From: a bacterium
Lineage (GTDB): Bacteria; UBA8248
Assembly: GCA_965199855.1 (NCBI GenBank)
Contig: OZ241326.1
Coordinates: 1,152,001 to 1,216,000 of the forward strand
Reading direction: 5' to 3'
DNA length: 64,000 nucleotides
Below are positions 38,438-47,445 of the stretch, piece after piece. The notes under the pieces were generated by a model, which saw only the letters and a list, made by a program, of their open reading frames with translations, was not told the DNA's origin and ran no database searches. The translations under genes and the position numbers were made by a program. How positions within the stretch are numbered: position 1 is the stretch's first letter; every line of letters starts with the position of its first letter.

Positions 38438-39625
38438 ATGGCCACGCGCGCGAAAGCGGGAAAGAAGGCGGCACGAGCCGCGGCGGAGAAGTTCGTCCCC
38501 CCCACCTGGGATACGAAGATGCCCCTGCCCTCGAACCCGGAGACGGGCGAGGACGCGAACGACTACTACATCATCGACTGCGAAACCCACGTCATGCCGG
38601 AGGACTACCGGCGCTTCATCAAGTATTTCGAGGGCACCAGCACCTTTGAATACGCCCACAAGATGTGCAACCAGTGGCAGTGGATCGACCACAGGAACAA
38701 CAGGCCGGCGGCCGTCCACCCGGGCATGGACTGGCACATCGACAAGATCATCGCCGACATGAACCGCTCGGGCGTGGACCAGATCGCCCTGATGCGCGAG
38801 TCCTTCATCGACACGGCGGGCGACAGCGCGCCCTTCTCCACGAACCAGCACGTCATCGACGCGATCGAGAAATACCCCGACCGCGTCATCGGCGTCTCCA
38901 ACGTGGGGCCCTTCTCGAAGCGCAAGCCGAAGGACTTCCTCTGGGAGCTCGAATACCTGCACGACAACTACAACTTCAAGTTCACCAAGTTCTATCAGCC
39001 CGAGGACTGCCCCATCAACGACCGCAGGCTCTGGCCCGCCTACGAGATGTGCCAGGACAAGGGCGTCGTCGCCTTCTTCCACACCGGCATCACCATCCGG
39101 ATGGGCCCGACGCGCTACACGCTGCCGATCCTGCTGGACGAGGTGGCGTCCGACTTCCCGGACCTCAAGATCGTCGCCTACCACGGCGGCTATCCCTACT
39201 GGGAAGACCTCGTCATGCTGCTCTGGAAGCACCCGAACGTCTACGTGAGCTACTCGATTCTCCTGCCCTGGCTCATGCGCGCCCCGCACCGCTTCGCCCA
39301 CATGGTCGGCACGACCCTGCAAATCGCCGGGCCCGGCCGCTTCGTCTGGGGCAGCGACTGGCCCGCCTCGGACCCCTACCAGTCGGTCGAGGCGGTGCTC
39401 AAGCTCCACATCGACGAGGAGCTCCAGGAGAAGTGGGGCTACCCCTCCGTCACGAAGCGGGACAAGGCGGACTTCCTGGGCGGGACGCTCGCCAGGCTCG
39501 CCGGGATAGACGCGAAGAAGAACCACCTGAAATTCCCCGGCATGAACGGCGCCCCCCGGGGCAGGACGCCCGAGGGCGACATCACCCGCGCCATCATGGC
39601 GAAGCAGAAGAAGGCGGCGAAATAG
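38438..39625 (+). CDS. amidohydrolase_2 family metal-dependent hydrolase/decarboxylase
   Basis: IIDCETH, FFHTG, FPDLKIVAYHGG, WGSDWP. Confidence 0.88.
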   Translation: MATRAKAGKKAARAAAEKFVPPTWDTKMPLPSNPETGEDANDYYIIDCETHVMPEDYRRFIKYFEGTSTFEYAHKMCNQWQWIDHRNNRPAAVHPGMDWHIDKIIADMNRSGVDQIALMRESFIDTAGDSAPFSTNQHVIDAIEKYPDRVIGVSNVGPFSKRKPKDFLWELEYLHDNYNFKFTKFYQPEDCPINDRRLWPAYEMCQDKGVVAFFHTGITIRMGPTRYTLPILLDEVASDFPDLKIVAYHGGYPYWEDLVMLLWKHPNVYVSYSILLPWLMRAPHRFAHMVGTTLQIAGPGRFVWGSDWPASDPYQSVEAVLKLHIDEELQEKWGYPSVTKRDKADFLGGTLARLAGIDAKKNHLKFPGMNGAPRGRTPEGDITRAIMAKQKKAAK

Positions 39626-39669
39626 CCTGGAAAACCCGCGCCGAGGGAACCAGGAAGGACGAGGACATG

Positions 39670-39710
39670 AAAAACCCCCGCCCGGACGACGAACCCGGGC
39701 GGGGGTTTTC
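39670..39710. terminator. bidirectional terminator-like hairpin
   Basis: AAAACCCCCGCCCGG...CCGGGCGGGGGTTTT. Confidence 0.75.
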
Positions 39711-39788
39711 TGATGCGGAATTTTCCCGATTCAGGGACTGATGGACTGGACGCTGAATGCGGGCGATCAGGTTTCAGCCCGGCGTACC

Positions 39789-39816
39789 GCCTCCCGCAAG
39801 GCGAGGCTTTTGTTTT
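39789..39816 (+). terminator. terminator-like hairpin
   Basis: GCCTCCC-GCAA-GGCGAGGC followed by TTTTGTTTT. Confidence 0.5.
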
Positions 39817-39953
39817 GAACCGCCGGCGCGGCGGCGCAGAAACGCGAACATCCGGGCGGAAAGCAGGTCCGGGCGTCCATTCGGACGCGCGGACGGTTAA
39901 GGTTCGTCCGAGAACGAAAAACACCGTGGAGAGGCGGAGAAAGGAGGCGACAG

Positions 39954-40247
39954 ATGAAAAAGTTTGCTTTTGCGGTTGCGGTGGTGGTGTCCCTCGGTCT
40001 CGCCGGCCCCGCTTGGGGAAGCGGTGAGGCTGTCCTCCAGCAGATGGAGCGGCGAGTAAAGCAGAGGTGGAAGAAGGTTTGCGGCGAAATTGTAGAATTA
40101 TACGAGTCCACGAAAAAAGCCGCTCGTGGTGATGTGGCCAAGGCCATAAATCTTTATGTCGATATCTTCGAGGCACTGGGGCGCAAACGCGCCGATATAG
40201 AAAATGGCGTCATCATTTGCAAACACCTGGGCCACTTCAAAAAATGA
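39954..40247 (+). CDS. small secreted protein, cassette 1 gene A
   Basis: AAGGAGG RBS, signal peptide MKKFAFAVAVVVSLGLAGPAWG. Confidence 0.75.
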   Translation: MKKFAFAVAVVVSLGLAGPAWGSGEAVLQQMERRVKQRWKKVCGEIVELYESTKKAARGDVAKAINLYVDIFEALGRKRADIENGVIICKHLGHFKK

Positions 40248-40438
40248 TTCGCCTGTCCGCCTTCTTCCTTTTTGGGGCGAAGGCGGGGGAGAGGGCGGAG
40301 CCGCGCCTGATGACGCAGTGCGAGTTCCTGTACTCGAGCATGCGTGACGCAGAACACGGCTATGCGCTCGGCAGGGCATCCTACTATCGTGAGCGGTGGA
40401 CGCAGGCCAAGAGAAACTTCAAGAAGCATCGCGGTTAA
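40244..40438 (+). CDS. small protein, cassette 1 gene B
   Basis: ATGA overlap with gene A; EPRLMTQCEFL...RDAEH.YALGR.SYYRERW shared with cassette 2. Confidence 0.55.
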   Translation: MIRLSAFFLFGAKAGERAEPRLMTQCEFLYSSMRDAEHGYALGRASYYRERWTQAKRNFKKHRG

Positions 40439-40572
40439 AACCGCCGGCGCGGCGGCGCAGAAACGCGAAAATCCGGGCGGAAAGCAGGTCCGGGCGTCCA
40501 TTCGGACGCGCGGACGTTAAGGTCGTCCGAGAACGAAAAACACCGTGGAGGGGCGGAAAAAGGAGACGCCAG

Positions 40573-40818
40573 ATGAAAAAGTTTGCTTTTGCGGTCGTTG
40601 TTGCGCTGTCCATTGGCGGGGTGGCTTGGGGTCAAGGCGCCCGGGCTGATCTCGCCAAGAGGTGCCGCGAGACAAAACAGAACTTCGACAGCATGTTGGA
40701 CATTATGAAGGGCGACGAGGCGAAAGTATGGGCGTTTTACGCCGCCGTCGCCCCGAAGAAACATGAGGACATGAAGTTCTTTGTCGAGGTGTGCAGGTGC
40801 ACGGGTCTCTTCAAATGA
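40573..40818 (+). CDS. small secreted protein, cassette 2 gene A
   Basis: AAGGAG RBS, signal peptide MKKFAFAVVVALSIGGVAWG. Confidence 0.75.
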   Translation: MKKFAFAVVVALSIGGVAWGQGARADLAKRCRETKQNFDSMLDIMKGDEAKVWAFYAAVAPKKHEDMKFFVEVCRCTGLFK

Positions 40819-41006
40819 TTCGTCTGGTCGCCGTATTCGGGCTTCTCGCGTCCGCCTTGGTGCTTTTCGGGGCGAGGGCGGGGGAGAGAACGGAGCCGCG
40901 CCTGATGACGCAGTGCGAGTTCCTGCGGTCAGTCATGCGTGACGCGGAACACGTCTATGCGCTCGGCAGGTCGTCCTACTATCGGGAGCGGTGGAATTGC
41001 AGTTAA
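40815..41006 (+). CDS. small exported/membrane protein, cassette 2 gene B
   Basis: ATGA overlap; MIRLVAVFGLLASALVLFGARA hydrophobic leader. Confidence 0.55.
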   Translation: MIRLVAVFGLLASALVLFGARAGERTEPRLMTQCEFLRSVMRDAEHVYALGRSSYYRERWNCS

Positions 41007-41130
41007 ACCCGCCGGAATCGGCTGAAAACGCCCGATCGCCGGAAAAACGGGGCGCAGGGAAGCCCTGTAACGAACGATCTCGACCCTCCATGAGGGACGG
41101 GTCGGGGGAAATCGGGCATGATGCGGAGCG

Positions 41131-41215
41131 CACGGCATGGCGTGGCCCGGCTGGGCAAGGCAAGGCAGGGCAGGGCGTGGCGCGGCAAGGCCAGGCTTGG
41201 CGTGGCACGGCATGG
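41131..41215. repeat. degenerate pentamer array (CNNGG)x17
   Basis: cacgg catgg cgtgg cccgg ctggg caagg caagg caggg caggg cgtgg cgcgg caagg ccagg cttgg cgtgg cacgg catgg. Confidence 0.9.
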
Positions 41216-41292
41216 AAGGGGAGCGGCGGCCCAAGTATGAGACCGCCGCAAAGGCTGACGGGGGCGGCTTCCGGTGAAACGGGAGCCGCCCT

Positions 41293-42465
41293 CTACCGCG
41301 CGGGCTTGATCCTGTAGACCGCTCCCCTCCCCTCGGAGAGGAACCAGATGGCGCCGTCGGGCGCTTCCCGAACGTCGCGGACGCGGGCGGTCTCGGGGAA
41401 GGCGAGCCGCTCCGCTTCCCGGAAGCCGTCCGCCGGGTCCAGCCGGGAGATGTGGTCGAATTTCAGGGAGCCGACGAAGAACTGCCCGCGCCACGCCGGC
41501 CGGAGCCGTCCCGAATAGATCGCCAGCCCCGAGGGGGCGATGGAGGGGTCCCAGTAGAAATCCGGCTGCTCCATGCCCTCTTTCGCGGCGCCGACGCCGA
41601 TTCTGGCGCCCGAATAGTGGCGGCCGTAGGCGATGACCGGCCACCCGTAGTTCTGGCCCCTCCTCACCCGGTTGATCTCGTCTCCGCCCCGCGCGCCGTG
41701 CTCGACGGCCCAGAGCGCGCCGGCCGCGTCGAGCGCCGCGCCCTGCGGGTTCCTGTGCCCCCAGGACCAGATTTCCGGGCGCGCCCCCGCCCGCCCGACG
41801 AGCGGATTGTCCCGGGGGACGCTCCCGTCGCGCCGGATGCGGATGATCTTGCCGTGGTGGAGGGAGAGGTCCTGCGCCGCGTCGCGGTCGCCCCTCTCTC
41901 CAACCGTCAGAAACAGGGTTCCGTCCGGCGCCTCCACGACCCGCGAGCCGAAATGCAGGCCCCCTGCGGACGGAGAGGCCATCTCGAAGATGACGCGCGG
42001 ATTCTCCAGCGCGCGGCCGTCGGATGAAAGCGCGGCGACGGCGAGCGCGGCGCCCGCGCCGCGGCGGGAGGGCTTCGAGAAGGTGAGGAAAATCTCGCGG
42101 CTTTCGGGAAAATCCCGCGCCGCGGCGACGTCGAGCAGTCCGCCCTGTCCCACCGTATAGACTTCCGGGACGCCCGAAACCTCCGTCTTCCCGCCCGCGG
42201 AATCGAAGTGGAGCAGCGAGCCGCCGCGCTCGGTGACCAGGAACGCTCCGCCCGGAAGGAACGCCAGCCCCCAGGGCGTATCCAGGCCCTCCGCCATCGC
42301 GTCGACCGAGACCGGGCCGGACGCCGTTCTCCGCTCCGCCGCCCATCCCGGCGCCGCGCAAAGCGCCAGGAGCAGCAAGGCGAGGAGGCGGCGGAGGGCC
42401 GCGGCGCGGTTCCCGGCCCGGGGGGCGGGGGCCGCATTCCTCGATGAGGCTTTCATGATCTCCAC
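41293..42465 (-). CDS. PQQ-dependent aldose sugar dehydrogenase (GSDH/YliI family)
   Basis: PWGLAFLP, GQGGLLDV, HFGSR, GHRNPQG, EHGARGGDEIN, RVRDV. Confidence 0.9.
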   Translation of the reverse strand: MEIMKASSRNAAPAPRAGNRAAALRRLLALLLLALCAAPGWAAERRTASGPVSVDAMAEGLDTPWGLAFLPGGAFLVTERGGSLLHFDSAGGKTEVSGVPEVYTVGQGGLLDVAAARDFPESREIFLTFSKPSRRGAGAALAVAALSSDGRALENPRVIFEMASPSAGGLHFGSRVVEAPDGTLFLTVGERGDRDAAQDLSLHHGKIIRIRRDGSVPRDNPLVGRAGARPEIWSWGHRNPQGAALDAAGALWAVEHGARGGDEINRVRRGQNYGWPVIAYGRHYSGARIGVGAAKEGMEQPDFYWDPSIAPSGLAIYSGRLRPAWRGQFFVGSLKFDHISRLDPADGFREAERLAFPETARVRDVREAPDGAIWFLSEGRGAVYRIKPAR

Positions 42466-42551
42466 GACCTCCCCGGCGGCGTGAGCGCCCTCGCGTCCTC
42501 GGGCTGATTATATCGCGGCCGGGAAGCTTGACCAGGCGCTCCGCCCGGAGG

Positions 42552-43301
42552 CTACAGCGTCAGGACGAAGCGCGCCACCAGGCTCGTGGCGGTGAGGAGC
42601 AGGACGACCCGGATGATGCGGTAGAAGAGGGCGCGGTCGATGCGCTCGCGGATTCTGACGCCCGCCCAGTAGCCGAGATAGACGGGGACGATCGCCAGAA
42701 GCGCCTCGATGAGGCGCGGCCTCGAGTAGAAGCCGCCGAGCGAGAGGGTGAGGAGCATGACGGCCATGCCCGACGTGTTGAAGGCGTTCATCAGGAAGAT
42801 GAAGGGGCTTTTCGGCAGACGGAGCATGGTGAAGTAGATGGTGTTGACGACGCCGCTGATGGTCGTCGCCCCATAGACGAAGCCGAGAGCCGCGCCCATG
42901 CCGGCGCCCAGCGCCCGCCGGAGGCCCGCGCCCGGCTCCCCGAGGGAGTCCAGCCGCCGCTCGACGATGAGATAGGCGTACGCCATGAGGCCCATCATCA
43001 GGCGGATCAGGTCGGGGTCGCCGAAGCCCAGAAACCAGACCCCGACCGGGATGGACGCCAGGGCGCACAGCAGATAGGGCGCGATTCGCGCCAGGACGCG
43101 CCGCTCCTCCCGCAGCCGCCAGACGTCGGTTAGGTTCGAGAGGAGGAGCGCGGGTACGAGCAGGGTGACGACCCTTTCGGGGGCGAGCGGAAGGGCGAGG
43201 AGCGGGGCGGCGACCATGGGCATCCCGAAGCCGATGGAGCCCTTGACGAAGCCCCCCAGAAAGAGGACGCCCGCGACGAAGAGAATTTCCGGCTCGCTCA
43301 T
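42552..43301 (-). CDS. TauE/SafE family sulfite exporter
   Basis: GGFVKGSIGFG, about 8 TM segments. Confidence 0.8.
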   Translation of the reverse strand: MSEPEILFVAGVLFLGGFVKGSIGFGMPMVAAPLLALPLAPERVVTLLVPALLLSNLTDVWRLREERRVLARIAPYLLCALASIPVGVWFLGFGDPDLIRLMMGLMAYAYLIVERRLDSLGEPGAGLRRALGAGMGAALGFVYGATTISGVVNTIYFTMLRLPKSPFIFLMNAFNTSGMAVMLLTLSLGGFYSRPRLIEALLAIVPVYLGYWAGVRIRERIDRALFYRIIRVVLLLTATSLVARFVLTL

Positions 43302-43452
43302 GTCAAGCCCGAGAAGGGGGGAGAGGCTTTGTTGCTCCGAAAGGAGGCGGGAGGGGCGGGCGCCCGGCCGAAGGCGGGGAGGCCGGCGGAGCGCGCTCCC
43401 TCTCTCGCGGCGCGGCCGCGCTCTCCCGGCGGGAGGCTTTCGCCCGCGCGCC

Positions 43453-44259
43453 TCAGCCGGCGATGTCCTCGCCGCCGTCCACGCGAATCACGTCTCCCGT
43501 CATCCACCGCGTGCCGGAGACGGCCAGCGCCGCGATGGCGTCGGCGACCTTCCGCGGCGTCGTGAGCTCCCCGTGGGGGTTCAAGCTCATCGTGTGGGCG
43601 ATCATCTCCTCGCTTCCGGGAATTTTCCTGAGCGCGGGGGTGTCGGTCACGCCCGCCTGGATGCTGTTCGCCGTGATGCCCTTCGGCGCGAGCTCCACGG
43701 CGAGCTGGCGGACGTGGCTCTCGAGCGCGGCCTTGGCCGCCGAGACGGCGCCGTAGGTCTTCCAGATGCGGTGCCCGCCCGCGCTCGTCATGGCGTAGAT
43801 GCGCCCGCCCGCGCCCATCAGCCCGCGCCGCACGAGCGCCTGCGTCCAATAGACGAGGCTGTTCGCCATGACGTCGAGCGTCATCTCGAGCTGCCTGGGC
43901 GCGATGGCGTCCTTCTCCTCCTCGGCGATGAAGGGCTTGAGCGTCCCGAAGGCCAGGCTGTGCAGGAGAATCCGCACCGCGCCGCCGGCGCCCTCTCCCA
44001 GCCGGCCCTCCATCTCCCCCAGCACGCGCTCGCGCTCCTCGTGGCCCGCCGCGTTCACGTTGAAGTAGAGGGATTCGGCCCCGTTCCCCTTGATTTCCTC
44101 GCGGATGCGCTCCACGTTCGCCAGCCCGGCCCTGCGGTCGAGGTGAACGCCGAAGACGTTCACGCCCAGGCGCGAGAGCGCGAGGGCGTTCGCCTCGCCG
44201 AAGCCGCTGCTCGCCCCCAGGATGAGCGCCCAGCTTCCTTCCAGTTCCGTCTTCCCCAC
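43453..44259 (-). CDS. SDR, enoyl-ACP reductase FabL-like
   Basis: LGASSGFG, YGAVSAAKAALES, VDGG; extended -10 TGcTATAAC at 44308-44316. Confidence 0.8.
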   Translation of the reverse strand: MGKTELEGSWALILGASSGFGEANALALSRLGVNVFGVHLDRRAGLANVERIREEIKGNGAESLYFNVNAAGHEERERVLGEMEGRLGEGAGGAVRILLHSLAFGTLKPFIAEEEKDAIAPRQLEMTLDVMANSLVYWTQALVRRGLMGAGGRIYAMTSAGGHRIWKTYGAVSAAKAALESHVRQLAVELAPKGITANSIQAGVTDTPALRKIPGSEEMIAHTMSLNPHGELTTPRKVADAIAALAVSGTRWMTGDVIRVDGGEDIAG

Positions 44260-44537
44260 GCCGTTTTTCTCCTTCTTCGAGCGATGCGGTTCGCCGCGTC
44301 CGCCCCGGTTATAGCACATCCGCGCGCCCGCCCGCTTCATCCGCGCGAACTCAAAGCCCCGCGCCCCCGCGGCCGTCATTTTGGGGCGGATGAGGCTCGA
44401 CTTTCCCGGGGCGGGGTGCTAAGGTGCGGGCCGCTGGGGGCGGACATGGTTTCCGGCTTTCCGGGACAGGCTTTATGAGCGGGCGTCTCGCTCCCCCGAA
44501 TTCGGGGCGCGCGGGGCGCTGATTCTATCAGGGGGGA

Positions 44538-44798
44538 ATGCGACTCATGCGGAAAACGACGGGTATGGTTCTGGCTCTCGGGGCGGCGCTGGCGCTGGCG
44601 GGGTGCGGGGGCTCCCAGACGGTCTGGGTGAAGCAGGGCGTGGACATGGCGCAGGCCGCGAGCGAGCTCAGGGGCTGCGCGGAGCGGGAGGGCTTCATCT
44701 TCAAGGAGAAGGAGGTCCAGGCGGTCAGCTCCGAGGTGACCTACGCGGCGAGCAAATTCGACTCGTGCATGACGGGCAAGAAGTTCAGGAAGAAATAG
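44538..44798 (+). CDS. small lipoprotein
   Basis: LAGC lipobox, two further Cys. Confidence 0.7.
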   Translation: MRLMRKTTGMVLALGAALALAGCGGSQTVWVKQGVDMAQAASELRGCAEREGFIFKEKEVQAVSSEVTYAASKFDSCMTGKKFRKK

Positions 44799-44807
44799 GG
44801 CGTTTTC

Positions 44808-45368
44808 ATGGAGCGGGGCGAGGCGCCCTCCCGCCGGGAAGCCGAGCGGGCGGCCGAGCGCAAAACCTTCGAGGAGCACCGCGCCGAGGGGCCGCAGGCC
44901 GTCGCCTGCGGCGTCCTCACCGTGAGCGACACGCGCGAGGCGGCGACCGACACCAGCGGCGCGCTCATCCGCAACATGCTGGAGGAGGCGGGCCACCGGG
45001 TGTCGTTCTACCGCATCGTGAAGGACGAGCCCGCGCGGATTCGGGAGGCGCTGCTCGAGGCCTGCGGCGACCCCTCGGTTCAGGTGGTGATATCGAACGG
45101 CGGCACCGGCATCGCGAAGCGCGACACGACCTACGACGTCGTCGTCTCCCTCCTGGAGAAGGAGATGCCCGGCTTCGGCGAGCTGTTCCGGAGCGTGAGC
45201 TTCCAGGAGATCGGAACGGCGGCCATGCTCACCCGCGCGACGGCGGGAACCTGCCGCGACACCATCATCATGACCCTTCCGGGCTCGGGAAACGCCTGCC
45301 GCTCGGGCATGGAGAAAATCATCCTGCCCGAGATCAGCCACATGGTGCGCGAAGTCCTGAAGGCGTGA
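44808..45368 (+). CDS. moaB: molybdenum cofactor biosynthesis protein MoaB/Mog
   Basis: LTVSDTR, DTSG, NGGTGIAKRDTT, MPGFGE, LPGS. Confidence 0.88.
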   Translation: MERGEAPSRREAERAAERKTFEEHRAEGPQAVACGVLTVSDTREAATDTSGALIRNMLEEAGHRVSFYRIVKDEPARIREALLEACGDPSVQVVISNGGTGIAKRDTTYDVVVSLLEKEMPGFGELFRSVSFQEIGTAAMLTRATAGTCRDTIIMTLPGSGNACRSGMEKIILPEISHMVREVLKA

Positions 45369-45519
45369 GAGCCGGGCGCTTTCCCGCGTTCGGGTTGACC
45401 CGGGGCCTTCAAAGCGGCTAGGTTTGACGCGGATTCCGCGCCGGAGGCGCTCCCGTGCGGAACGAGAGCGGCCCGCCCCGAAAGGGGCGCTTCCTTCGCC
45501 CCCGACGAGGTTCGCCGCA

Positions 45520-46005
45520 GTGGAAAGCCACGCGGTCTATCCGGGAACGTTCGATCCCCCGACGAAGGGGCACTTCGACGTCGTCCGCAGGAGCCGGAAG
45601 CTCTTCTCGCGGGTCACCGTGGCGATTTCCGCGCACCCCTTGAAGGCGCCCCTGTTCAGCTTCGAGGAGCGCAGGGATTTTTTCCTGCGCGAGTTCGAGG
45701 GGGCGGAGCGGCTCGACGTGGCGGGCTTCGAGCGGGAGCTGCTGGTGGACTTCGCCCGGAAGCTGGACGCCCAGGCCGTCATTCGCGGCCTTCGCGCCGT
45801 GAGCGACTTCGACTATGAGCTGCAGATGACGCTCATGAACCGAAGGCTGAACGAGGAGATCGAGACGATTTTTCTCATGCCCAGCGAGCAATACAGCTTT
45901 TTGAGTTCGAGCCTCGTCAAGGAGGTCGCCTCGCTCGGCGGAGACGTGAGCGAGCACGTCTCTCCCGCCGTGCGCGAGGCGCTCGGCGAGCGCTTCCGCC
46001 GCTGA
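45520..46005 (+). CDS. coaD: pantetheine-phosphate adenylyltransferase
   Basis: YPGTFDPPTKGH, IRGLRAVSDFDYE, SSSLVKE. Confidence 0.95.
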   Translation: MESHAVYPGTFDPPTKGHFDVVRRSRKLFSRVTVAISAHPLKAPLFSFEERRDFFLREFEGAERLDVAGFERELLVDFARKLDAQAVIRGLRAVSDFDYELQMTLMNRRLNEEIETIFLMPSEQYSFLSSSLVKEVASLGGDVSEHVSPAVREALGERFRR

Positions 46006-46033
46006 CGTTCATTCCCCGACACTGGAGTCTCCC

Positions 46034-47230
46034 ATGCGCCTCGCGTCCCGGATGAGCAAGCTGCCCCCCATTCCCACCCTGGCGATGAACACCCGGGCGG
46101 CCGAGATGAAGGCGCGGGGCGCGGACGTCATCTCCTTCGCCGCGGGCGAGCCCGACTTCGACACGCCGGAGCACGTCAAGGAGGGCGCCGTTCGGGGGCT
46201 GCGCGACGGCGCGACGAAATACACGGCGGTGCGGGGGACGCCCGCCCTGCGGGAGGCGATTTGCGATTGGGTCGAGGAGCACAAGGGCCTCCGGTATGAC
46301 CCGAAAACGGAAGCCATCGTCACCGTGGGCGGGAAGCAGTCGGTGTTCAACGCCCTGCACGTTCTCGTCGAGGAGGGCGACGAGGTCGTCATCCCGGCGC
46401 CGATATGGGTGGCGTATGAGCCCGTCGCCGCCCTGACGGGGGCGAAGCCGGTTCTCGTTCAGACGAGCGAGGAGAACGGCCACAAGATGACGGCCGAGGA
46501 ATTGCGCGAGGCCCTCTCGCCGCGCTCGAGAATCGTGGTGATCAACAGCCCGTGCAACCCGACGGGCTGCGTGTATGATCGCCGGGAGCTGGAGGCGATC
46601 GCCGAGGTCGTCCTCTCCACGGACGCCCTGGTCATGTCCGATGAGATTTACGGCAAAATCACCTACGACGGCGAGGCGCACGTCTCGATAGCGAGCCTCT
46701 CTCCCGAAATGAAGGCGCGCACCCTCGTTCTGGACGGGTTCTCGAAAACCTACGCCATGACGGGCTGGCGGGTGGGCTATACCCTCGCCGCCCCCGAAAT
46801 CGTCGAGGCCATGGACACCCTGCAGGGGCAAAGCACGAGCAACGCCACCTCCTTCGCCCAATACGGGGGCGTCGCCGCCCTCAAGGGCTCCCACGCCTTC
46901 CTGAACGAGTGGATCGCGCAATACGACGCGAGGAGAAAGGCGATTGTCGAGGGGTTCGGGGGCATAGAGGGGCTGAGCGTCGTGAACCCCAAGGGCGCGT
47001 TTTACGCCTTTCCCCGGGTGAGCGGCCTCTTCGGGCGCCGGGGGCCGGACGGGGCGCTGCGAACCTCCATGGACGTGGGGCTGTATCTGCTCGAACATGC
47101 GCGGTGCGCGGGCGTGCCGGGGGCGGGATTCGGAAACGACGACTACGTCCGCTTCTCCTACGCGACCTCCCTGGAGAACGTGAAGGAGGGCGTCGAGCGC
47201 ATCCGGGCGGCGGTGGAGCGGCTCGACTGA
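46034..47230 (+). CDS. class I/II PLP aminotransferase (aspartate aminotransferase-like)
   Basis: GEPDFDTP, NSPCNPTG, SDEIY, SKTYAMTGWRVG. Confidence 0.92.
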   Translation: MRLASRMSKLPPIPTLAMNTRAAEMKARGADVISFAAGEPDFDTPEHVKEGAVRGLRDGATKYTAVRGTPALREAICDWVEEHKGLRYDPKTEAIVTVGGKQSVFNALHVLVEEGDEVVIPAPIWVAYEPVAALTGAKPVLVQTSEENGHKMTAEELREALSPRSRIVVINSPCNPTGCVYDRRELEAIAEVVLSTDALVMSDEIYGKITYDGEAHVSIASLSPEMKARTLVLDGFSKTYAMTGWRVGYTLAAPEIVEAMDTLQGQSTSNATSFAQYGGVAALKGSHAFLNEWIAQYDARRKAIVEGFGGIEGLSVVNPKGAFYAFPRVSGLFGRRGPDGALRTSMDVGLYLLEHARCAGVPGAGFGNDDYVRFSYATSLENVKEGVERIRAAVERLD

Positions 47231-47445
47231 TGCGCAGCCTGGGACGCGCCCTTCAGATTCTCGCCATGGTGGACTGCGGGGTCGCCCTGCTCATCGGCGC
47301 GCTGAATCCCTCGGCCTACGCCGTCCAGCTCGTCGTCCTGGCCTCGGCGGTCGCTCTGTTCGCCGCCGGGCGCCTGCTTCAGAAAAAGGCGGGTGCGCCC
47401 TCCCTCGGCGAGCGCCATCGCCCACCCGTTTCCGGGGGTGAGTGA
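47230..47445 (+). CDS. small membrane protein
   Basis: TGATG overlap with the upstream stop; two hydrophobic segments. Confidence 0.55.
   Translation: MRSLGRALQILAMVDCGVALLIGALNPSAYAVQLVVLASAVALFAAGRLLQKKAGAPSLGERHRPPVSGGE

Larger units (their letters stand above)
39818..41012 (+). repeat. tandem duplication of a ~0.6-kb leader plus two-gene cassette
   Basis: 39818-39976 and 40439-40595 are nearly identical; the second ORFs are also similar at DNA level. Confidence 0.9.

Noticed and set aside
39954-40818. Diversity-generating retroelement TR/VR pair
   Set aside because: Differences are not adenine-specific, include indels, and no reverse transcriptase is present
39818-41012. Integron gene cassettes
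   Set aside because: GTTAAA occurs at the unit ends, but no complete attC (RYYYAAC...GTTRRRY palindrome) and no integrase were found
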